Shown: positions 1 to 9,896, counted from the first letter of the stretch. The stretch is 20,000 nucleotides of DNA from Chiloscyllium plagiosum (GCF_004010195.1 NC_057719.1:26042114-26062113), one strand, 5' to 3'. Numbers and translations: made by a program. The notes: generated by a model not told the origin, from the letters alone.

Positions 1-1195
1 GAGGAAGGGAAGCAGTGTCGGTCCAATTTCCCTTGTTATTTTCAGTTCCTGGTCCTGAATCACCATGGGCCAAAACTAAGCCAAATAAAACTCAATTTTT
101 TGGGGGCCATTCAGAAACAAAGATTTTAACTGAGCCTTAGGCAAAATACATTTTACATTTCACACTTTTGACAAATAACTTAAGCAGCTGAAAGATTTTT
201 AGTTATTGATATGATAAAGAAAAGAATACACTGACCTGGATAAACATTGGGACATTAAAAATTGTATCAGCGATTTGTTTTGACATTGAAAGTTTTTTTT
301 TTGGTCACATAATTGATGGTTGGTTCCCTTCACAAATTATTTAAAAAGGAACCTTGTGCTTATCCATTGCAGTAAAGGGCAGCATTTTGCCTCAAACACA
401 ATCAATCAAAATAAATACTGAACTGCTGTGGAAATACAAACTAGGAATTTCAAAGAAAAATGCAAAGCAAGCAAAATATTTAGGTTAAACTATCCCGCTG
501 AGTCTTAATTAAGCAGCCTTTGTCCATATCTGCCATTAGATGTTAATTTTCTGTTTATTACGGTTATATTCGACAGTTTCTACGCTTGAATATTATTTTG
601 TTTCAATAAATAAATAGCAATGTTACAAAGGAATATATGTAAAGCATTTGTGATAGATTTAAGAGCTAGTGCAAGATCATGAGGAAGTGCAGTAGATAAA
701 TCACTATCTTAGGCAATCCTTTAGCATCAGGATGACTTGCTTCTACGCCAGTGCAATGGCTGATACATCCAGTGTGTGCTCTGCAGACTGCCACATGTGA
801 GACAAGTGCTTGCAGGGAATAGTTTGCTGGCTTATAGTCACAGCCACACCCCTGTATGTTCCCTCGAACTGTCTCAATGTGCTCAGTGCCTTCCTTCTGG
901 TATGAACCTTCCCTATTTGTATCAGTTCCCAGGTAGGGATACCCATGAATCAATAGAGATGTTTGATTTCTACAGGGATGCTTTTGGGGGCATCCCTGAA
1001 ATGTTTTCTTATCTGTCAGTATCTAGAACAGATTCACTCGAACTTGAATTGCGGCTACCTGGATTGACCTGGGGAAGATGCAGCCTGAAAATTATGTTGA
1101 GTCACTTATTAATCCTTTTAGACTGGTGCTCCAACAGCCATCATCTGAATCAAGGCTGTTAAATGGTCAATGGAACAGACTATTTCAGGTAGGAG

Positions 1196-1398
1196 CTGAA
1201 AATGTGTTGCTGGAAAAGCGTAGCAGGTCAGGCAGCATCCAAGGAGCAGGAGAAAATTCGGGCATAAGCACTTCTTCACGCTTATGCCCGAAACGTCGAT
1301 TCTCCTGTTCCTTGGATGCTGCCTGACCTGCTGCGCTTTTCCAGCAACACATTTTCAGCTCTGATCTCCAGCATCTGCAGTCCTCACTTTCTCTCAAA
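1196..1398. mobile_element. Short Penelope-like (family A) terminal unit arranged as an inverted repeat around a disrupted hammerhead core
   Basis: Arms ~1193-1269 and 1280-1361 are near reverse complements, followed by the PLE 3' end (..tcctcactttctc, 1393). The right arm starts gcttatgcccGAAAcgtcgatt (HHR stem II/III). Flanked by TATTTCAGGTAGGAG (1181-1195) and TACTTCAGGTAGGAG (1399-1413), 14/15 identical. Confidence 0.85.
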
Positions 1399-1572
1399 TA
1401 CTTCAGGTAGGAGACCAGTATTGACGTCCTGTAGAATATGCAAAAACGGTTTGTTATGGGCCAGAACAAAACCCCTCAAAATATATTAAGAAGCTTGACT
1501 AACCTATTCTTATTTTAAAGGTAAATGTAAATGGTCGCAGTCCAGATGCAATTCAATTGGTCAAACTACTCA

Positions 1573-2253
1573 CAGGAGTCGCAGGTAGCTAGGATAGTGA
1601 AGAAGGCGTTTGGTATGCTTTCCTTTATTGGTCAGAGTTGTGAGTACAGGAGTTGGGAGGTTATGTTGCAGCTGTACAGGACATTGGTTAGGCCACTGTT
1701 GGAATATTGTGTGCAATTCTGGTCTCCTTTCTAATGGAAAGATGTTGTGAAATTTGAAAAGAGTTCAGAAAAGATTTACAAGGATGTTGCCAGGGTTGGA
1801 GGATTTGAGCTATAGGAAGAGGCTGAATAGGCTGGGGCTGTTTTCCCTGGAGCGCCAAGGCTGAGGGGTGACCTTATAGAGGTTTACAAAATTATGAGGG
1901 GCATGGATAGGATAAATAGACAAAGTCTTTTCCCTGGGGTTGGGGAGTCCAGAACTAGAGGGCATAGGTTTAGGGTGAGAGGGGAAAGATATAAAAGAGA
2001 CCTAAGGGGCAACTTTTTCATGCAGAGGATGGTATGTGTATGGAATGAGCTGCCAGAGGAAGTGATGGAGGCTGGTACAATTGCAACATTTAAGAGGCAT
2101 TTGGATGGGTTTATGAATAGGAAGGGTTTGGAGGGATATGGGCCGGGTGTTGGCGGGTGGGACTAGATCGGGTTGGGATATCTGGTCAGCATGGACGGGT
2201 TGGACCGAAGAGTCTGTTTCCATGCTGTACATCTCTATGACTCTATGACTCTA
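1573..2253 (+). mobile_element. 5'-truncated CR1-clade LINE (HER1-like), ORF2 C-terminus plus 3'UTR
   Basis: Peptides LYRTLVRPLLEYCVQFWSP and KIMRGMDRINRQSLFP..RTRGHRF..FF.QR.V.VWNELP..FKRHLDGFM, stop at 2166. The tail is (CTCTATGA)2CTCTA at 2233-2253. Internal stops and frameshifts are present. Confidence 0.95.
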
Positions 2254-2697
2254 ATCAAAGACAAGCAAAATACAATTTATTCATACACTATAGTTAAAAT
2301 ACAACAACAAAAAAAGAAAAGAAAGGAATTGGCTTAGCTGTAACTCTATTGCAAAGCTTAACAGAATAATAGATTAGCTAGCTGCTAAACAGTAAATGTT
2401 CGAATGTAGTAACATCCCATAAACACACCCTTGGCAAAAGGTGAATTTAGAAAAAATTGCCTCACATGCAACTCCAGCAGTCCAGGAGGGAAAAATATCA
2501 CAAGAACTCAGAGAGTGTAACAAGAAGTGATGTACTAAAGCAATCGAACCAGCAGCAACAGTTACTGAAAATTAAAATCCTGCTTCGTTGGGAGCATGAC
2601 CACACCCATTCAGGCTGCCTCTATTGTTCCAACTCCAAAAAAAGCCCCAAGGCCTTACAAGCTTTATGAGCTTTCAATAGACATCTTTGCACCTCTG

Positions 2698-3458
2698 CAG
2701 AAAGTGAGGACTGCAGATGCTAGAGAGTCAGAGTCAAAAAGTATAGCACTGGAAAAACACGGCAGGTCAGGCAGTATCCGAGGAGCAGAAGAGTCGATAT
2801 TTTGGGCATAGGCCTTTCATCAGGAAGGGGGCTGAGAGACAAATACAAGGGTGAGGGTGGGGCTGGGGGTAAGACAGCTGGGATGGCGATAGGAGAATGC
2901 AGATGAGATAGGTCAGTGGGGAGGGTGATTTGATGGGGTGGGGGGTGTACCTAATGAGGGAGTCACAGAGGGAATAGTCTCTGCGGAATGCAGATGGAGA
3001 TGGGGAGGGAAATATATCTCTGACCGTACACTTCCCTCCTCACCTCCATCCAAAGCCCCAAAGGATGTTTTTACAGCCGGAAGAGCTTTTCATGCACATC
3101 CACTCACCTCAACTGTCATGTCCATTGCTCTCGATGTGGTCTCCCCTACATTGGGGAGACAGGACGTCAACTTGTGGAGTGTTTCAGGGAACATCTCTAG
3201 GATACATGCAGCAAATGACCTCACTGCCCTGTGCCTGATCACTTCAAATCCCCCTCCCAGTCCACCACGAACCTCCTCCACCGCCAAATCCAGGCCACCC
3301 AACATCTGGCAGAAGAACATCTCATCTTCTGCCTTGGGACCTTTCAACCACACAGCATCAATGTCAACCTCAGCAGTTTCCAAATCTTCCCTTCCCCACT
3401 TCATCCCAGCCTCGGATACTGCCTGACCTGCTGTGCTTTTCCAACACCACACTCTTCA
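2698..3458. mobile_element. Internally deleted, partly inverted Penelope-like element with GIY-YIG endonuclease remnant
   Basis: The plus arm, read from 3087, gives FSCTSTHLNCHVHCSRCGLPYIGETGRQLVECFREHL*..HF..EEHLIFCLGTFQPHSINV (GIY-YIG C-terminus, with stops). The minus arm (2698-~3020) has the PLE terminus, a degenerate HHR (~2793-2826) and RDIFPSPSPSAFRRDYSLCDSL. TSD is ATCTTTGCACCTCTG (2683-2697) / ATCTTGGCACCTCTG (3459-3473). Confidence 0.9.
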
Positions 3459-3859
3459 ATCTTGGCACCTCTGTCTTAAACCCTTTCTTTAAAGAGACAG
3501 GACAAAATAAACCTCTTAACGCCACACTATCGTCACAAGTGACTGTAGTTTTCAGAAAAAAAGTGGATGAAATGCAAGACAACCCATGCCTGGTCATTCA
3601 AAATGGCATAGAGAGGAATAAACATCAGAAACTGTTCAAAAATTTAAAGAAGCAGAGAAAAGGATTTCATATATTCATATGTTAGTACCACACACCACGA
3701 TTCCAGTTCGTGAGGGCAGACAATTCATTCTTGACCACTTTACGCCATCATCTACACTCAAAATTACCCTCAATGTTTACTGTTATAAAGTGGAATCTTA
3801 CAGACAAATTACAACACTACAGTAGGTCTGAATGTCCAACTGAGCCTCTGAAATCTAAA

Positions 3860-4610
3860 TGAGGCCGCAGTTTGTGCATGGGCAGTTATCGGTTAGATTT
3901 TAGTGCCCCCACCGTGAATGTTTTCGTCATGTCAGAGGCACTTAAATAGATTGGGTAGCTTCACCACCTTCGCAAGTACCCTCAAGCTGCCCCGATAATA
4001 CAGGGGCACTGAAATCAGCCTGCTGCTTTTAAATAAATAATTAATGGTAACTTAGGCTGGTCAACAAGTTTGTGTAACAAGCTGCACATGCCAAAATACT
4101 TGGCACAGTCAACTTGTTTAAGAACTTGTATAAGAAAAGGCCAGAAATGAAGTGGGAGGTGGGGGGGTGATGGTGGGAGCACACCATTTCAGGAGCGTCA
4201 TTTGTGCATTGGTGCAACCCTCCAGCAAGCTCAAGACTGCTGCCATCCCAACACAACACCATTCACCACCTTCCTTTTCATGCCATCTACCCACCAGAAG
4301 TCAATCCCCATCCTCCTCCCTCTCCCATTTCCCTCTGCACCAAAGATGCAGTCAACCTTGGGATTCAGCAATCTGGGAAGGCCATGATCCCCTTTAAGCT
4401 CCTTTCTGGCAGTGCCCACTTCTGACGTCTGGCACTGCCAAGAGTGATGGAACTACCAGCTAATCAGATAGGTCAGCAATTCCCATTGGGCAGCCCTCCT
4501 GCTGAGTCGGCTGGCTGCAGCATGTTGTGGCTACAGTATGGTTTGTATGGAGACAAACTGGCTACTGGCTGATTGGCCAATACCCATCTGTCCAAAACAA
4601 ATGGGTTGAA
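3860..4610. repeat. Unclassified GC-richer interspersed repeat remnant with internal inverted repeats
   Basis: 14-bp inverted repeat at 3896-3909/4003-4016 (13/14) and a perfect 10-bp inverted repeat at 4407-4416/4431-4440. Composition differs from the AT-rich flanks. Boundaries are approximate. Confidence 0.3.
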
Positions 4611-5018
4611 TTCAGATCACTGAACTTCTGAGATATTATAGATCTATTTTCATTTCAAGCAATTCTGTGGCAGATATTAATTAAATGCGAGAAAATCTGC
4701 AAGGATGAATTAACATATTACTGCATAATCACCCAGAGATTCTTGTTAGAAAACCTGGGTCTGTAATGCAGCTATAAAAACTTACAAATGTAAAATAAAG
4801 TCATTTACGAAGCCACTTTCTTTCTGTGCAGAAAGTATTAAATGACAATATTCAAATAAATGCTTTTACTAATTGGTTTGCAATGGACATTCTGTTTTTG
4901 ATCAAGAACTAGCACATAAATGGTAGTAGAGGTAGCAACTTCAATTTGCTTTCATTTTTCATTAATGAATGGGTCTCTTGCCTTGTTTCCTTTCAGAGCT
5001 CTTTTACCTGTATTAAGA

Positions 5019-5354
5019 GGGGTGGCATGGTGGCTCACTGGTAAGCACTGCTGCCTCACAATGTCAGGGACCCGGGTTGATTCCACCCTCCAGCGACTGC
5101 CTGTGTGGAGTTTCCATATCTGCCTGGGTTTCCTTCAGGTGCTCTGGTTTCTTCCCACAGTCCAAAGATGTGCAGGTTAGGTGGATTGGCCATGCTAAAT
5201 TGCCATAGTGTTCAGGGATGTGCAGGCTAGGTGGGTTAGCCACGGGGAATTATAGGGTAGGGGCATGGATCTGGATGGGATGCTCTTTGGAAGGTTGGTG
5301 TGGACTAGTTGGGCCAAATGGCCTGTTTGCACATTGTTAGGATTCTATGATTCT
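5019..5354 (+). mobile_element. tRNA-derived SINE, HE1/V-SINE type
   Basis: A box TGGCTCACTGG (5031-5041) and B-box-like GGTTGATTCC (5075-5084). V-domain-like core (tgtgtggagttt..ggtttcttcccacagtccaaagatgtgcagg). The CR1-like 3' tail ends gattctatgattct. Confidence 0.9.
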
Positions 5355-6701
5355 CGTACGAATAGCTTCTGTATATAAGCATTCGGAAATTATTCAATTT
5401 CTTCACCCTTTTCTGCTATAAGCCTGTGAATTTTTGCCTGCCTTCAAAAGGAAACACCTAACTTCCTCTGGAGACTTCAGCAGATGCTGCAGCTGAGCCC
5501 AGCGGCTCAGTCTGTGGGCGATTCAGATGTGAACATGTGCTCTCTCGCTCCACAGCCCAGGAATAGACAGCCAGTGGACCTCTTCATCCTGACAGCTTCT
5601 TCCAGCCGAGTGCTCAGGCCATGTGTTTTCAAATCATCTGCTTTCTCTACTGGTTTCTTATTTATATTGTTCAATTTTTGAATAGCTTCACCTCACCCAA
5701 ATCTCTGAGTGATTATGCATGAGAATGCTAATTAATCCTTCCAGTCTTTCCCTCATTTTCTTGATGCCCCTCTTTGTCACAGTACTGCTTGAAGTGGAAA
5801 ATGACATGGAGTATCTTGGAAGGTGCACTGCTCTGAAATTCCTCAATTTCTATTCTACAGAAGCAAGATGCTATAATTACAAGGGGTGGAGTGCGGGGTT
5901 GGGATATGGACTGCTTGCTCCATTGGAGGGGACATCAACCAGTTTTAATTCCCACATGCAATGTTACAGAAGATTGACTTGAATTTATTTGGGAATTAAA
6001 ATTGACAAAGGTGTACAGTAGGCTGCTGATGGCACCTTGCCCAATTTATAATATCAGAAATTGAGATTAGCCCTCTTAATCCTAATAATTTGTCTAGTCT
6101 CCATGCTGTTACATTTTGTCTTATACTAAACAATTGAAATTTTGTTTACAAAACCTCCTGTGACATTGAATTTGATGAAAACAATCTGCATCCCCTTTAC
6201 CTATTCAATTAGTTGCATCTTCAAACACAGAAATGTTTGACAAATATGACTTGCCTTTAAAAAAGTCAGCCCTCATGATCCTTGATTGTTCAACTGAACA
6301 TTCAGTAAATTGAAAGCACACACAAACAATAATCTGTACACTAGCAAATATGTCACTAAAGAACCAAGCATGTCATCATTTAGAGACAGGAAAACAAAAA
6401 CAATAAAAGGATGGAAAAGTAATTGAAATTATTATCAATACATTCCCTCCATTTTCAATGGGCAACAAACCTTTACCATTCAATTGGCCTTTCATTTGGT
6501 AAACGTTTGAATAGTAAGGGCAAAACTAATGAGCAGAGCCCTGTTGAAGTGCTTGGGTAGGGGTGAGCAGAGACTCCCAGCCACATCAGCAATACCGTTA
6601 GATAGTATCCATGATTTGGAGATGCCGGTGTTGGACTGGGGTGTACAAAGTTGAAAATCACACAGCACCAGATCATAGTCCAACAAGTTTAATTGGAAGC
6701 A

Positions 6702-6736
6702 CACTAGCTTTCGGAGCGACGCTCCTTCATCAGGTG
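6702..6736 (-). ncRNA. Minimal type I hammerhead ribozyme (PLE-associated), intact core
   Basis: The minus strand reads CAC-CUGAUGA-A-GGAGC-GUC-GCUCC-GAAA-GCU-A-GUG. This gives stem I CAC/GUG, a 5-bp stem II, palindromic stem III AGCU and a CUA cleavage triplet. Confidence 0.8.
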
Positions 6737-6740
6737 ATAT

Positions 6741-6775
6741 CACCTGATGAAGGAGCATCACTCTGAAAGCTAGCG
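6741..6775 (+). ncRNA. Minimal type I hammerhead motif, partly degenerate
   Basis: CAC-CUGAUGA-A-GGAG-CAUCA-CUCU-GAAA-GCU-A-GCG. The core is intact, stem II has a G-U pair and stem I has an A/C mismatch. Confidence 0.6.
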
Positions 6776-7183
6776 TGCTTCCAATTAAACCTGTTGGACT
6801 ATAACCTGGTGCTGTGTGATTTTTAATGTTAGATAGTATAACTGGTGATGCACTCTGCCATTGATCTTAGACAGGAAATGGTTGAAGCATCTCAGTAACA
6901 CTGAAATGAAGAGGAGATCTGGAGTGGTGTACAGAAAGGTTTGACTGCGATAGAATGAACAACTAGTTTGTAAATGTCTGGAAAATTAAAGCCTTCCATT
7001 GCACATCTTGTAGAACTTCACAACAATGTTGATGTGTTCACAAGATCATTATTAATTTCACATTGGCTTGTCTATGAATATTCAGAATAATTTTTTTTCT
7101 ACTTCTGCTTTAAAATCTATTTCTTGCCCTTTCTCCACTCAAAGTTTAGCTCCAACATGGAGTGCAATTGTGACAATTTCTTT

Positions 7184-7268
7184 GAAGGGCTTTTGCCCGA
7201 AACGTCGATTTTCCTGCTCCTTGGATGCTGCCTGACCTGCTGTGCTTTTCCAGCACCACTCTAATCTA
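7184..7268 (+). mobile_element. Penelope family A terminal fragment beginning in the hammerhead core
   Basis: gaagggcttttgcccGAAAcgtcgattttcctgctccttggatgctgcctgacc.. Possible degenerate TSD at 7154-7170 / 7269-7285 (14/17). Confidence 0.8.
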
Positions 7269-7509
7269 AACATGGGGTGGAACTGCATAAATGCCGAAAA
7301 TCATATAGCTTATGAGCAAAATAGGCATTGCAGAGTACTCATACGCGAACTGTGGACATCAACAGGTTATTTTGTATTGTTTTTGGAAGGAGTGAGGAAT
7401 GTGAAGTGAGTGGTGCTTCACAGTCAAATGTAATCTGGCCTTCTCATGTTGTTCATGCGCATCAAATTCCACTAGGATCTCTGGATGACATTTGGAATGA
7501 TATCCCTGA

Positions 7510-7607
7510 CTGAATCATTGTGTCATTGTGGGTTCAACAGGAAAGCTGTAAATGTAACTGAAAGGTTTGGACTAAGACACTTGATTAAATGCATGCGAAA
7601 TGTGAAC
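7510..7607. repeat. 98-bp segment of the proximal LURAP1L 3'UTR, duplicated at 9038-9135
   Basis: Ungapped direct repeat at offset 1528, about 85/98 identical by hand alignment. Confidence 0.9.
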
Positions 7608-7633
7608 AACATTTTTTTTTATTTTCACATAAT

Positions 7634-8012
7634 TTATCCAAAACAATAATATCCATCATCAAAGTCATCTTTGGATTCTTTATTCATAGATTCACTGTTA
7701 AGTGAATCTGTTGTTACACATTCGTCTGAGAAGGGATCTAGGTCGGAAGGTGTGCAGTCACCTGGCAAGTCGTCAGCCAGCGTGTCCAGGTAACTTCCCA
7801 CTGAGATTTCATCAAGCCCATCACTGCCATCTTGCAGGCTATTCCAGCTGCCTTGGAGTGAAATGCTCTGGCTTTCTGCCAAGCTATAGAGACTGCTCGT
7901 CAAGCTGCTCCCCCTGCTCGCCATGTTGCCTTTCTCCTCTATTATCCACTTGATCGACTCAATACCTTCATTGATGGACAACAACTGATGTATCAATTGC
8001 CCTGAGGCGAGC
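7634..8012 (-). CDS. LURAP1L: Leucine-rich adaptor protein 1-like, terminal coding exon (apparent frameshift near 7991; possibly a pseudogene or assembly error)
   Basis: HQLLSINEGIESIKWIIEEKGNMASRGSSLTSSLYSLAESQSISLQGSWNSLQDGSDGLDEISVGSYLDTLADDLPG..PSDLDPFSD..YYCFG* matches the recalled vertebrate LURAP1L C-terminal half (RQLLVINESIESIKWMIEEK..SRGSSLSGSL..DGSDGLDGISVGSYLDTLADDVPG..YYCFG). ARLRAID at 8012-7992 matches the exon start VNLRATD but is in another frame. TAA is at 7636-7634. Exon 1 was not found in the window. Confidence 0.9.
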
Positions 8013-8408
8013 CGTAATCTGAACAGTGCAACGGCACCTTTTTTCTCTCTCACTGTTCCTTTTCCTTCCACCCTCATTGCTCAATCCAGGGACACTTTCA
8101 CTCAAGAGCTCCTACACCCAGACAGAGAGATGTTAGACCAGCATTGAACCTTGGATCTTCTTGGTCAGCCTGTCTCAGCTACACACTGAATAAATGTACA
8201 GATTCCTGAAGAGAACCCAAGCATCCACAATGAAATACACAGCTGCCATGTTCCAGAAGCAATTTTTAATTTTAATTTTGTTGCAATCCTGTTGGGGTAA
8301 TGCTATTTTCTTTACCCCAGTTACATTTATATAGGCTATAAAAGAACCAAACAATGACAATATGCACCGGTAAACACTTTAATGAAATTTTTGGTTTCTA
8401 CAAATAAG

Positions 8409-8808
8409 TAGAGTCATACAATGATACAGCACAGAAACAGGCCTTTCGGCCCAAATCGTCCATGCTGATCAGGCTAGTCCCTCTAAACCCTTCCTATTCA
8501 TATATCCATCCAGATGCCTTTTAAATACTGTAATTGTACCAGCCCCACCACTACCTCTGGAATTCCATACAAACACCACCCTCTGCGTGAAAAAAAAATT
8601 GCCCCTTAAGTGTCTTTTAATTCTTTCCCCTCTCACTTTAAATCTAAGCCCTCTAGTTTTGGACTTCCCTATCCTGTGGAAAAGACCTTGGCTATTTATG
8701 CCCCTCATGATTTTATAAATCTCTATAAAGGTCACCCATCAGCCTCCTATGCTTCAGGGAAAGAAGTCCCTGACTATCGGGCCTCTCCTAATAACTCAAA
8801 GCTTCCAG
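8409..8808 (-). mobile_element. CR1/HER1-like LINE 3' fragment
   Basis: The minus peptide IEIYKIMRGINSQGLF..KTRGLRFKVRGERIKRHLRGNFF.TQRVVFVWN..FKRHLDGYMNRKGLEG is homologous to the copy at 1573-2253. Confidence 0.92.
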
Positions 8809-9037
8809 TCAAATGCTATTTCAGCAAATATCTGTAAAACCCCTGGCTATCAAATCCACCCACAACCCAGCTTGGCATGCACATTTGCAGATATCAAGTG
8901 AAGACAGACTTGCCTTCAAGGCTCTCATTATGGAAAGGTTTCCCGAATCTATAGAGCTGTGCCATAGGAAGGTCCAGATCATCTGTCATTGTTTCAAATA
9001 TGTTATCATTTCATGAGATTCAGGCAATAAAAAGGAT

Positions 9038-9135
9038 CTGAATCTTTGTGTCATTGTGGGTATAACAGGATAACTGATGATGTAACAGAAGGGTTTGGAC
9101 TAAGACACTTGATTAGGTGCATGTGAAATGTGAAC
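9038..9135. repeat. Second copy of the LURAP1L 3'UTR segment, in the presumed intron
   Basis: Direct repeat of 7510-7607, about 87% identical. Confidence 0.9.
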
Positions 9136-9267
9136 TACAGTGATTAATTTCCAGGTTCCAATTCATGGGTAGTCTTCTCTAAACCAATCAAAGCTTTTGG
9201 AGCTGCAAAACTTTTGCTCACTAAAAATATATTTGAGTGGATTTTTTCTGAAACAGCCATAAAGTGA

Positions 9268-9600
9268 GAAATCATACAACACCAGGTTATAGTCCAACAG
9301 GTTTATTTGAAATTAGAAACTTACGGAATGTAGCCCCTTCATCAGGTGAAGTGAGAGGGAAGCACACAGAACACAGAATTTATGGGCAGAGAGAGCAAGG
9401 GCAGAGAGATCAAAAGATCATACAAATGGTGTCAGTGTTGAATAATAAATCTCTGCAGGTGACCAGGAATGTTAGTGTGTGTGAGTGTCAACAGCTGAAT
9501 AACAAGTGAAGGGGTGACCTATAATCCAATTAAATGAGGCAGAGAGATAATTACGAAAAATTAAAAGTACGGTGGTGCCGACGACAGACCACATGACTGG
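9268..9600 (-). mobile_element. Penelope family B-related 3' fragment with degenerate hammerhead
   Basis: 9268-9347 aligns with 6654-6736 (aaatca.acaacaccaggttatagtccaacaggttta..ccttcatcaggtga). The GAAA box is mutated to GTAA. The right boundary is approximate. Confidence 0.7.
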
Positions 9601-9876
9601 AAAAACATGGAACATAAACAGAAGCTTCTGGAAAAGCCCGGCAGGTCACAAAATGGACATTGAAAGTGCAAATTGATTGGAGATAAACAAATTATCATCA
9701 TTCTAAATAACTCTGGGGTTGCTTATGTTGGATGTTTAAATAGCTTTAGCACAAAGGTAGATACAGACAGGATTCCATACATGTCAAATTTGGGTTTGGG
9801 AAATTTTGAGGATCTACAACCCACTCACTGTTAACCACCAGTTTCTCAGATACTTCCCCGCTCTCCCCCCCCCTCC

Positions 9877-9896
9877 CACACACACACACACACACA
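9877..9896 (+). repeat. (CA)10 microsatellite
   Basis: Read directly from the sequence. Confidence 0.95.

Larger units (their letters stand above)
1452..3537 (-). mobile_element. Putative solo LTR (~630 bp net) interrupted by a CR1 and a Penelope insertion
   Basis: Ends are TGTTATG..CGTCACA (TG..CA, 5/7 inverted match). AATAAA lies on the minus strand at 2276-2281. It is non-coding once the two nested inserts are removed. No clean TSD is seen. Confidence 0.4.
6609..6827. mobile_element. Short Penelope-like (family B) unit: inverted repeat with two divergently oriented hammerhead motifs
   Basis: Arms ~6654-6738 and 6739-6824 meet at the palindrome CAGGTGATATCACCTG. Perfect 12-bp TSD GTTAGATAGTAT at 6597-6608 and 6828-6839. 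Confidence 0.9.

Noticed and set aside
666..1162. Overlapping ORFs of 67-128 aa
   Set aside because: No recognisable domain or exon structure, and the lengths are compatible with chance.
2938..3452. 162-aa and 120-aa ORFs
   Set aside because: They are off-frame or antisense readings of the rearranged Penelope. The real GIY-YIG frame contains stops.
5019..5090. tRNA gene
   Set aside because: The A and B boxes belong to a SINE head. There is no complete cloverleaf, and SINE body and tail follow.
5984..5989. AATAAA on the minus strand as the LURAP1L poly(A) signal
   Set aside because: Such hexamers are common in AT-rich DNA. It cannot be assigned without transcript data, so it is not listed as a feature.
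8060..8098. KVSLD*AMRVEG resembling LURAP1L N-terminal RKVPESLVRSLRGE, which would suggest a processed pseudogene
   Set aside because: The match is short and needs a gap and a stop. The flanking exon 1 motifs (PDLRDIE.., LE.KL..LRQEM) are absent.
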